This document shows positions 1 through 8,306 of a stretch of 32,000 nt of DNA, in pieces; positions within the stretch are counted from its first letter, which is position 1; each line of letters starts with the position of its first letter. The notes beneath the pieces were generated by a model. The model was not told the origin of the DNA, ran no database searches, and saw only the letters and a program-made list of their open reading frames with translations. A program made the translations under genes and the position numbers. This stretch comes from Candidatus Saccharimonadota bacterium (GTDB lineage Bacteria; Pseudomonadota; Alphaproteobacteria; CAJXXZ01; 1604HC). The stretch is from assembly GCF_008189525.1 (NCBI RefSeq), contig NZ_CP043314.1, positions 540,001 through 572,000 of the forward strand. Direction: 5' to 3'.

Positions 1-450
1 TGAAATTTCTTCAACTTCAGATTTGGATAAATAACATTTATACGCTAAACCTTTTTCTAATAGCTCATGTGCTATTTTGATATGAATTTCTTTCTGCTTA
101 GATTGGAAAAAAATCTCTCCATCAAAATCTAAACCTAACCAAGACAAACCTTCTAATATAGCTTTGATGTATTTTTCATCTGATCTCTGAATATCAGTAT
201 CTTCTATTCTTAACAAAAAATTGCTTTTATAACTCTTATTTGTATTTTCATTTATTTCATTGAAATTATTAGATTCCAAATCCAATCTATTCTTATTATT
301 TATCTCAAATGAATTGCTGATTTCTTTATTTCCATTTATTTCTTTTAAAATGCTGGCTTTCACAATCAACCAATTAAAAATAGCAGTTCTCACTCCGCCT
401 ATATGTAAGAATCCAGTCGGAGATGGGGCAAATCTAGTTACAATTTTCAC
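1..450 (-). CDS. gltX: Glutamyl-tRNA synthetase, N-terminal part. The 3' end lies beyond the left window edge. It is absent from the ORF track because no stop codon lies in the window.
   Basis: My reverse-strand translation from GTG at 450-448 gives MKIVTRFAPSPTGFLHIGGVRTAIFNWL...LLRIEDTDIQRSDEKYIKAILEGLSWLGLDFDGEIFFQSK...GLAYKCY. This contains the class I HIGH motif (HIGG), the RIEDTD box and the WLG box. The frame stays open to position 1. Confidence 0.9.
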   Translation of the reverse strand, partial: MKIVTRFAPSPTGFLHIGGVRTAIFNWLIVKASILKEINGNKEISNSFEINNKNRLDLESNNFNEINENTNKSYKSNFLLRIEDTDIQRSDEKYIKAILEGLSWLGLDFDGEIFFQSKQKEIHIKIAHELLEKGLAYKCYLSKSEVEEIS

Positions 451-581
451 TAACAAAAAGTAACATAAATATAAGAAAATTTACATGATAATTATGTCTT
501 GTAAACAAAATATATACACTATAAAAAATTTATATAAACTTAAACAATCCTTATTTACTTTATTATTTACTAAAGCAAATT

Positions 582-2429
582 CTACCTTTTGAGAATATCT
601 ATAACATTATGATTTTTTTTCTCGCTCAAGCTCAGTATTAAATCGTAATATCTATTTTCTAAAATATCCTTTGCTATTTCTTTAGAATTAAACATCCAGA
701 AAGTTCTTTTGTATTTCTCATCTTTGACACTGATCATAATATGATTTCCTCTTTCCATAACTGATAACATCAATACATTAGACAATATAATTTTAGGGTA
801 TGGATTTCCCATTCCAAAAGGAGTAATCTTTGAAACATTTGTCATATTCAATCCATTTAAATTCAGAAATGCATCTATATTAATTATTTTCTCAGGAACA
901 AGGTTCATTTTATGTATTTTCTGATTAATCCAATTTTTCCATTCTGAAAATTTTTCATCATTTACAGCAACACCACCAGCCATATCATGACCTCCTCCAG
1001 AAGTTGCCAATCCATTAAGTACAGATTCATGAATCACAGCACCTATATTACAACCCTTAACAGATCTTGCAGATCCTTTCCATTCATTTCCTATTTTATA
1101 AAAAACAAACACAGGCACATTCTCTTTTTCTTTTATTCTCCCAGCAATAATACCAACCAGACCAGGGTGCCAATCCTTATCTCTAACTATAACTACAGAC
1201 TGAGACTCATTATCAGATTTTTGTTTGCTATCTACATTAGGTTCGTTATTAGCATCATCTCTCTCTGGTATCTTTTCTTCTTCTGAGTCTCTTTGTTTAT
1301 CAGGTTCTAAATTATTATTTATATCCATGAACTTTATTTCTTTATGAATTTCTTTATAAACTTTAACCAATGCTTCGTCTAAAGCTTTCTTTTCCATTTC
1401 TTTTCTTTTTGTATTTAAAGATATTAATGATTTAGATAATCTCTCAGCTTCTACACTATCCTTAGTAAACAAAAGATCTACAGCCAATCCCGAAGAATGT
1501 ATTCTTCCTGCTGCATTTATACATGGACATATATAAAATGCCACATCTCCAGCTGCTATATTGCCTAATCCTAAATTATCTATAAGAGAACGTAAACCTA
1601 TTCGTTTGGTTAGAGAAACAATTTGCAAACCATACCTTACGTAAGCCCTATTCAAACCTGATAACTTCATGCAGTCTCCTATTGTTCCCAAAGCAACTAA
1701 GTCCATAAAGACTTTCGGAGAAATGTTTTGTCTAACCTTTTTTCTTTCTTCTATCATTTCTGATATTTTATAAATAAATATAAAACATAACCCTGCTGTA
1801 CATAAATTCTTGTATTCTTCCTGTGTTCTAATATCAGAATCAGCTCTGTTAGGGTTTACAAACGCATATACGTTCGGGTCATTTGCAGTTTGATGATGAT
1901 CTATTATACAAATATCTTTTTTACTATTATTTGCTGTGTTTTTTTGTATTCCATAAAAATCCTGACTACTTCCACAATCAAGTATTAAAAACAAAGAACA
2001 GTCAATTGATTTTAGTACATCTGGATCATGTCCATACCCATCTGATCTATTAGGAATTCTGTATTCAACCTCTATTCCATATGCTCTAAAGAAATCCATC
2101 CACATTACAGTAGAAGTTATCCCATCTACATCGTAATCACCTAAAATACATATTTTTTCTTTTTTCTCTAATGCTATGTATATTCTCTCTAATGCTTTTT
2201 CAAAATCTATTAAGGTTACATTCTGCATATACGCAGAAATTCTATCATTTAAGAATTTATGTATGTTTCCTAACTTATCTATTCCTTCAACCCTTGATAA
2301 CGCCAAAATTGCTTCCAATCTATTTAGATCGAAAGAATCTTGAACTTTTTTTATTTCTTCGTTGTTACTATCGTTAAAAGATAAATAATTACCACGTAGA
2401 GTCTTTTTTCCTAAGTAAAATATATTCAA
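582..2429 (-). CDS. recJ: Single-stranded-DNA-specific exonuclease RecJ
   Basis: 615-aa ORF with DHH-family motifs GDYDVDGITS, DCGSS, IIDHHQ and the DHHA1 motif GGGHDMAGG. The start codon appears to be TTG. Confidence 0.9.
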   Translation of the reverse strand: MNIFYLGKKTLRGNYLSFNDSNNEEIKKVQDSFDLNRLEAILALSRVEGIDKLGNIHKFLNDRISAYMQNVTLIDFEKALERIYIALEKKEKICILGDYDVDGITSTVMWMDFFRAYGIEVEYRIPNRSDGYGHDPDVLKSIDCSLFLILDCGSSQDFYGIQKNTANNSKKDICIIDHHQTANDPNVYAFVNPNRADSDIRTQEEYKNLCTAGLCFIFIYKISEMIEERKKVRQNISPKVFMDLVALGTIGDCMKLSGLNRAYVRYGLQIVSLTKRIGLRSLIDNLGLGNIAAGDVAFYICPCINAAGRIHSSGLAVDLLFTKDSVEAERLSKSLISLNTKRKEMEKKALDEALVKVYKEIHKEIKFMDINNNLEPDKQRDSEEEKIPERDDANNEPNVDSKQKSDNESQSVVIVRDKDWHPGLVGIIAGRIKEKENVPVFVFYKIGNEWKGSARSVKGCNIGAVIHESVLNGLATSGGGHDMAGGVAVNDEKFSEWKNWINQKIHKMNLVPEKIINIDAFLNLNGLNMTNVSKITPFGMGNPYPKIILSNVLMLSVMERGNHIMISVKDEKYKRTFWMFNSKEIAKDILENRYYDLILSLSEKKNHNVIDILKR

Positions 2430-2436
2430 TATTAAT

Positions 2437-3261
2437 TTAAATCCTATTTTTCCAGCACTTTAATACAGTACATGGATCTAACGCTATGTTTTTTATCCAT
2501 TTAGAAACTATATCTATATTTTCAGGATCATATAAATCACTAATATTTTTAGAAATTTCATACTGTATGAGCTCTGAATCGAAATTTACACTATCTCCCA
2601 TAAAAAGCACTGGTGTTTTTATATTTTTAGTTTTCTCAACAAAGCTAAATCCTGAAAATTGACCCAAGCACTTCCCTAGCTTATCATCTAAAGCTCTTCT
2701 GAACTTATTCTCTTGAACTTTATATTTCTGACATACAATTTTACCTATTGTTTCTTCAGAGCAGTGCTTAGATAAATCTAAGCTATTTTTCGCATCTTTG
2801 AAGTTAGTAAATTCTCCAATATCAGGGAGCTTAAATTTAAACTCTGGGTCAAATATTTTATCTGCATCCAGTAAAACACAACCTATAAAAGGATTATTAT
2901 GCATTGAAATCAAGTCACATGAGATCGATGCACCAACTCCCATTCCAACAATGAAGATATTTCTAGAATCTAGTTTAGAAATTATATGCAAAGTATCGTT
3001 CAAAAAATCATTATAAGAATATTCCAAGGCTTTGCTGCTTAATCCATGCCCTAAGAAATCAAAAGATATAACTTTAAAATCTATAGACAATTTTTCTTTT
3101 AAACCAATAAAGTCAGAACAATCCCCGAATAAGTCAGGTATACATAACACACATATCTCTGAATCCTTTAACCCTTCTGAGCTCATAAACATCTCATGAA
3201 ACTTATCTTTTCTAGAGACTAAAACCCTAGAAGAATCCTTTATTTGATCTTCCATTCCCAA
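2437..3261 (-). CDS. Alpha/beta-hydrolase-fold protein, probably non-catalytic because the nucleophile Ser and the C-terminal His are missing
   Basis: 274-aa ORF with fold landmarks FDFLGHGLSSK and TPVLFMGDS. The nucleophile elbow reads G-M-G-V-G instead of G-x-S-x-G. The stop is 7 nt from the recJ start on the same strand. The ORF opens at TTG 3261, with an ATG at 3255. Confidence 0.6.
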   Translation of the reverse strand: MGMEDQIKDSSRVLVSRKDKFHEMFMSSEGLKDSEICVLCIPDLFGDCSDFIGLKEKLSIDFKVISFDFLGHGLSSKALEYSYNDFLNDTLHIISKLDSRNIFIVGMGVGASISCDLISMHNNPFIGCVLLDADKIFDPEFKFKLPDIGEFTNFKDAKNSLDLSKHCSEETIGKIVCQKYKVQENKFRRALDDKLGKCLGQFSGFSFVEKTKNIKTPVLFMGDSVNFDSELIQYEISKNISDLYDPENIDIVSKWIKNIALDPCTVLKCWKNRI

Positions 3262-3425
3262 TTCTAATTTTCATGAAAATTTTATGCAAGACAATAATGA
3301 AATAAAACACAAAATAACAAAACATAAACACTTAAAATATATCTAATTAGCATTTTAAGATATGATCTAATAGATTGAATTTCTATAATAAAATCATTAG
3401 AATATGTCTTTGAGGTTAATAAATT

Positions 3426-4190
3426 ATGTCTATAAAATCTAAATTTCCAGTAAGAACTAAAATATACCAGTTTCTATCATTAAAATATATTTCAAGTTAC
3501 ATTAAAACTTGCTTCATGATGTTTATGTTTTTCTCTAACATAACACCTAGCAAGTCAGGTGCAATGGCATCATATTTTGGAACAAGGTTCAGCATGAATT
3601 TCACTGAAATAGCTCCAATAGGGCAAATAAAATTAGATACAGAAAATCTAAATATAAAGAGCTTGTTAAAAGACATAAATACCTCTGGAATAAAATCAAA
3701 AATAAACACTTCCTTTTCACATCAACTTTCTCAAGGACTAGGTTTGTTTGCTATCGGAGTTTCTTCTGATGTAGGTCTGTCTGGAAATAAAAAAGATGTA
3801 GTCAATCTAAGTGACATAAAAAACACCAAATTAAATCTTAAAACTGGAAATTTCGTACTTTCTCACCATGTTTTCTTTGGGCTTAACTTTGGAATTGCTA
3901 GAGCGTTGTTTGTTACTGGAGTAACAGGACGTTATTATGAAATAGATTCAGATTCAGAAGAAAGAATCAAATCTGGAGATTTCCAAAAGTCTTGGAATTG
4001 GAACAAGAATGTAGGTGTTGCAGTACAATTCATACTTTTCAAATTACTAGCTGAAATAAGATTAATGAGATCTGTAGGTCAAAATGTTTTCTCAAAAGCA
4101 AAGATAGAAGAAGAACCAAAATCAAACAACCAACTTTTCTATGAAGATAAAGGCCTAAAACTATCTTTCGCTGTTCTGTTTAGAATATAG
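3426..4190 (+). CDS. Hypothetical protein, possibly a small outer-membrane beta-barrel or surface-antigen-like protein
   Basis: 254-aa ORF that stays open in an AT-rich context. It has a hydrophobic N-terminal segment (CFMMFMFF) and alternating hydrophobic stretches (GLNFGIARALFVTGVTGRYYEI, VGVAVQFILF). The C-terminus is LKLSFAVLFRI. I recognise no family with certainty. Confidence 0.35.
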   Translation: MSIKSKFPVRTKIYQFLSLKYISSYIKTCFMMFMFFSNITPSKSGAMASYFGTRFSMNFTEIAPIGQIKLDTENLNIKSLLKDINTSGIKSKINTSFSHQLSQGLGLFAIGVSSDVGLSGNKKDVVNLSDIKNTKLNLKTGNFVLSHHVFFGLNFGIARALFVTGVTGRYYEIDSDSEERIKSGDFQKSWNWNKNVGVAVQFILFKLLAEIRLMRSVGQNVFSKAKIEEEPKSNNQLFYEDKGLKLSFAVLFRI

Positions 4191-4392
4191 TTAATTTTTT
4201 AAAATAACTACTTAATTTGCTGAATACAGATAATCTTTTGTAATAATATTATTACCTTCTATCTTAGTTTTTAGACATTTAAGTTTATAGTTTTTATTTT
4301 CTTTCATATAAAAAATTAAATACACCATTTGAACAGCTAAATTTTTAACTAAAAACTATTAATAAACTAAGCATTATCATGTAATATTCCTT

Positions 4393-4902
4393 ATGATCAA
4401 AACAGTTCCATTAGTACAGAAAGTTATAGGAAAAATAAATCATGATATAATAAGCCCTATAGCTGCTCTGCAAATAGATTTAGAAGAGAACAACATAGAA
4501 AATGCAAAAAAGGCTTTTTCAAACTTGCTAAAAAGTATAAATGTGTTCAGAGCTGTGGCATCTGAATCCTTAAAATGGGAATCAGCTAAGCAGATATCTT
4601 ACGAAAACATGGATAACATAAAATGGAATGTAGATTCATTTCCAAAAGGACATTTCTTGTCAAATATAACTATTTTACTAGCATTCATCTTACATAAGAA
4701 AAAACAAAATAGAGAAATAAACATTTCAGATAAAAAAATAGAGACACATTTCGAAATACAAAATGTAGAATTGGATGCGCTTAGCCTAAAACAAGAATCT
4801 CAATGCAGTTACAACACTTATTTCTACCTAATAGGGTTGTTTTGCAAAGAATTAAATTACAATCTGAGTTTTTCAAGCAAGCATATTTGTATAGAAGTTT
4901 AA
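4393..4902 (+). CDS. chpT: ChpT-like histidine phosphotransferase (CckA-ChpT-CtrA phosphorelay)
   Basis: The N-terminal segment VIGKINHDIISPIAALQIDLEE resembles the Caulobacter ChpT phospho-His helix (LCHDFISPASAIVSGLDLLED, quoted from memory). The ORF is 169 aa and the rest is poorly conserved. Confidence 0.5.
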   Translation: MIKTVPLVQKVIGKINHDIISPIAALQIDLEENNIENAKKAFSNLLKSINVFRAVASESLKWESAKQISYENMDNIKWNVDSFPKGHFLSNITILLAFILHKKKQNREINISDKKIETHFEIQNVELDALSLKQESQCSYNTYFYLIGLFCKELNYNLSFSSKHICIEV

Positions 4903-5040
4903 TTTGTTACAAATATTCTTAATATACTTTAATAAACCTAATAGACCTGATTTTTATTAAATACTATTAAGCTTCAATACCATTAAACCTAAGTATTAGT
5001 AAAATTTAAACAAATTTTAAATTGGATACAAGATATTTTT

Positions 5041-5763
5041 TCAAATCTCACCAAGCACATATTTAGATAGCATTCTAATTTCATTCTTAGCAGCAACCCT
5101 TGAAACAGTAAGTTCAGATTTTTTCAAATCAAACACTGTTCTCCCTTTATTAAAAAGCTCTTTAAAAACCACTCTATCTTTTATGAAATTAGATATTCTT
5201 CCACTCAAAACAGGACTAGCTTTAGAAAGTAATTTATATACGCTCTCTTGGTTCTTTGTTTTCCTGACATTAAATTTATTCGGAACTATAACCCAATCTA
5301 AGTTCTTGCTGTCTTGGCTTTTCTTCTTTTTAATATCCCAAATTATTTTAGAATAACAACCAGGCATAAAAGATTGTTTATTCTTAATCTGAAGAACTAC
5401 ATCCAAGTCTAAATAACTATCACTTATAGGAGTAACTATAATATCTGCCATCATACAAATATCTTTTAAAGATTCAAAATCCCCTCCAGGGGTATCTACA
5501 AAGACAAAGTCATACTTTTCTCTTAAAGAATCTATTTTGTTCTTAATTTCGTTACAATCCCCTTTGTAATCCATTGTTTCACATTCCATTAAAGGCAAGT
5601 CTTCAGATCTGTTATTAACATAATTAAATAAAGTATGTTGCGGAGAATCTAAATCAATGCTGCACACCTTATGCCCAATGTCTATTAGAGAAGAAATTAA
5701 ATTTGCAGTTATAGTAGATTTTCCAGTACCACCTTTTATATTATTAATAACAATTATTTTCAT
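5041..5763 (-). CDS. mipZ: MipZ-type ParA-family ATPase (division-plane positioning)
   Basis: It has a deviant Walker A (NIKGGTGKST), DLDSPQHT, VDTPGGD, IVTPISDSYLDLD, DWVIVPNKF and KDRVVFKELF. These parallel Caulobacter MipZ blocks (DTPGGD, VVTPMNDSFVDFD, DWVVLRNRL, RDRVIYRELF) as I recall them. Confidence 0.7.
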   Translation of the reverse strand: MKIIVINNIKGGTGKSTITANLISSLIDIGHKVCSIDLDSPQHTLFNYVNNRSEDLPLMECETMDYKGDCNEIKNKIDSLREKYDFVFVDTPGGDFESLKDICMMADIIVTPISDSYLDLDVVLQIKNKQSFMPGCYSKIIWDIKKKKSQDSKNLDWVIVPNKFNVRKTKNQESVYKLLSKASPVLSGRISNFIKDRVVFKELFNKGRTVFDLKKSELTVSRVAAKNEIRMLSKYVLGEI

Positions 5764-6074
5764 TCATATATTGTATACCAAAATATAATTTTAAGAAGTA
5801 TAAAATAAGTCTTACCCAAGAAAAAGTATGATTTTATATAGTTAAACAGATTACAATTAAATTAAATAAAGCTTAAGCAAAAGAAATTATAATAAAAAAC
5901 TAGATTAGATTTAAATCAATGTAAAAAGTACAATATGATCAACACTAACATTATTTTTGAGACATTAATTTCTACTAAATATACTTTAATAGTGATTTCG
6001 TAATTATTTTATAGCATTAAAATTACTGCACGCTATTGCATATTTAAATTGCGTGTATAACAATTCATTTAGAA

Positions 6075-7730
6075 GTGCTTTTAAAATATTTTAATGATGT
6101 TAGGTGTATGATTTCTAAACTTTTGCTTAGAACAAAATTTAATTTTAGATTTATTCATGTTTTTATAGGTTTTATAAAAACAAATTTTTATAAAAAAGTA
6201 GTCAGATTTATTAAACACTACTTAAATAAATTCATAAAAAACCCTAATAAATTCATAAAAAACCCTAATTTCGATTGCAAAGCAAAGAGACGTATTTTTT
6301 CATCACTAAGCAATCTATCCAAAAACCTATTCCCTGTTAAAAAATCAGAATTCAAAAAATTCTTTCCTATGGCATTTATGATGTTTTTTATGCTTTTTAG
6401 CACCACTATATTGAAGAATGTCAAAGACACATTAATAATCACACACAAAGGCTCTGGAGCAGAAGTAATAAACTTTCTAAAATTCTTTGTTGTTATTTTT
6501 TCAATATTATTTATGTCTGCTTACGGTAAGTTGTCCCAATTCTTTGAATCTAAAAACATGTTCTATGTAACAATATCTTTCTTTTTATTATTTTTCTTGT
6601 TTTTCAATATAGTTCTTTATCCAAATAGAGAAACCTTGCACCCTAACATGCTTGAAATAAAACAAATCAAAGCTCTGTATCCAAGATTAAAATGGATATT
6701 ACCAATGTACTCACTGTGGATATATTCTATATTCTACGCTTTTGCTGATTTATGGTGCAGCATGTGTATAAGCTTTTTATTTTGGCAATTCGCAAACCAA
6801 GTAGTAACTTTAGAAGAAAGCAAAAGATTTTATGGATCCTTTGCAGCAATAGGTTATATAGGACTTATCATAGGAAGCAAATCTATAAAATACATAATAA
6901 ACAGTAAGCTTGGCAGTTTTGACCAGAAACTAAGACTAGTTATATATTTAGTATGCATAGCATGTTGTTTTATAATGTTTTTTTACTTCTTATTTAATAA
7001 AATTTTCCACAGCCAAGTTAATTTCAAATCAAAGAAATCAAAATTCTCATTAAGACAAAGCATAAAGATCATTTTCCAAAACAAAACTATAACTTATATA
7101 ATGGCTATAGTGTTTTGCTATAATTTCAGCATAAGCATGGTAGAACTTACATGGAAATCTGAATTAAGGAACTTCACTAAATCAAAAGAAGCTTTTGTGA
7201 ATTATTATGCTTTTGTAAATGAGTCAGTTGGTTATTCAACTATATTTTTTGCATTCTTCTCGAATATACTGTTCAAAAAAATAAATTGGTTTGGATCCGC
7301 GCTAATAACACCAGTAGTAATGCTTGTTTCTTCCTTACTTTTCTTTTCAGCAATAATTTTAAAAATAATAGGATTTAAAACCTTTTTAGGAGCTTCAATT
7401 GTAGTCATATCTGTTCTTACAGGAACTATTCATAATATAACTAGTAAAAGCATGAAATATTCTCTTTTTGATCAAACTAAAGAAATGGCATACATACCTT
7501 TAGATAAAGAGCTTAAGACAAAAGGTAAAGCAGCAATAGATGTAGTTGGAAGCAGATTCTCAAAATCTCTAAGTGGACAAATTCAAGCATTTCTATTGAT
7601 ATTAATACCTCAGTCTTCACAAATAAATATTGCTCCTTATTTATTGTTCTTAATAATTATTGTCTTCTATGCTTGGTTTTGGTCATTAAATAAATTAAAT
7701 CTTGAACGCAGCAAAGATCTACATAAATAA
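6075..7730 (+). CDS. tlc: ATP/ADP translocase (nucleotide transporter, Tlc/NTT family), paralogue 1, with a long N-terminal extension
   Basis: The ORF is polytopic and hydrophobic. Tlc signature blocks are FLFWQFANQV, KRFYGSF and KYSLFDQTKEMAYIPLDKELKTKGKAAIDVVGSRFSKS. I judge roughly 40% identity to the second copy at 17230-18762. The only in-frame canonical starts are GTG 6075 and ATG 6108. Confidence 0.9.
   Translation: MLLKYFNDVRCMISKLLLRTKFNFRFIHVFIGFIKTNFYKKVVRFIKHYLNKFIKNPNKFIKNPNFDCKAKRRIFSSLSNLSKNLFPVKKSEFKKFFPMAFMMFFMLFSTTILKNVKDTLIITHKGSGAEVINFLKFFVVIFSILFMSAYGKLSQFFESKNMFYVTISFFLLFFLFFNIVLYPNRETLHPNMLEIKQIKALYPRLKWILPMYSLWIYSIFYAFADLWCSMCISFLFWQFANQVVTLEESKRFYGSFAAIGYIGLIIGSKSIKYIINSKLGSFDQKLRLVIYLVCIACCFIMFFYFLFNKIFHSQVNFKSKKSKFSLRQSIKIIFQNKTITYIMAIVFCYNFSISMVELTWKSELRNFTKSKEAFVNYYAFVNESVGYSTIFFAFFSNILFKKINWFGSALITPVVMLVSSLLFFSAIILKIIGFKTFLGASIVVISVLTGTIHNITSKSMKYSLFDQTKEMAYIPLDKELKTKGKAAIDVVGSRFSKSLSGQIQAFLLILIPQSSQINIAPYLLFLIIIVFYAWFWSLNKLNLERSKDLHK
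6228..6269 (+). repeat. Perfect 21-bp tandem duplication (aaattcataaaaaaccctaat x2) inside the tlc 5' extension, encoding KFIKNPN twice
   Basis: Direct reading shows 6228-6248 and 6249-6269 are identical. The unit length is a multiple of 3, so the reading frame is preserved. Confidence 0.95.
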
Positions 7731-8306
7731 ATAAATATAGTAAAATATAATCATTTTTATTAAATTTAGTAATTTATATGAGCCTAGTACGGTTAAATGT
7801 TCTGTTCTAATTGTAATAAATACATATAATTTTTACAAAAATGTAAATCATGTTTATTTAGATGTTATAAAATTTATTTATTTCTGATAAATAATTTCTA
7901 GAATATATAAAAGGTTATATAAAAAACTACAAACTTTACTCATAATGTATGTAACAATAAGTAGAGATGTCAGATAGTAACAATGTTTTATAAATACAGA
8001 TAAGTATATTTCAAGTCCTACAAAAATTTAATTGCAAAACAAGTATCAGTTATATAAAAAAGAAATAATTTAAGTTAAATTTTCTGCAAATTTAAATTAA
8101 ATTTACATGTATATTGTGTTTTTTTTACTAAAATCACGAGGCTTACTATATTTTATTTACATAATATCCAATTCAAGCTATTTTTTATTTCAAGATTACT
8201 TGTTTGAATGTTTTGTATTTCTCTGCGATGTGATAATATTCTTCAATGAAGGTGATTTATTTCTGTAATTAAAGCACATACGGTATCTTTTCAAGGAGTT
8301 GATGCT

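Noticed and set aside
260-463. 67-aa plus-strand ORF from the track
   Set aside because: It lies entirely antisense to the strongly supported gltX reading frame (HIGH and RIEDTD motifs on the minus strand). It has no recognisable motifs.
5862-5876. TTAA-N7-TTAA (CtrA-box consensus) in the divergent mipZ/tlc promoter region
   Set aside because: It is an exact match to the consensus spacing. In sequence this AT-rich the pattern is expected several times per 32 kb by chance. It is a single site with no supporting conservation data.
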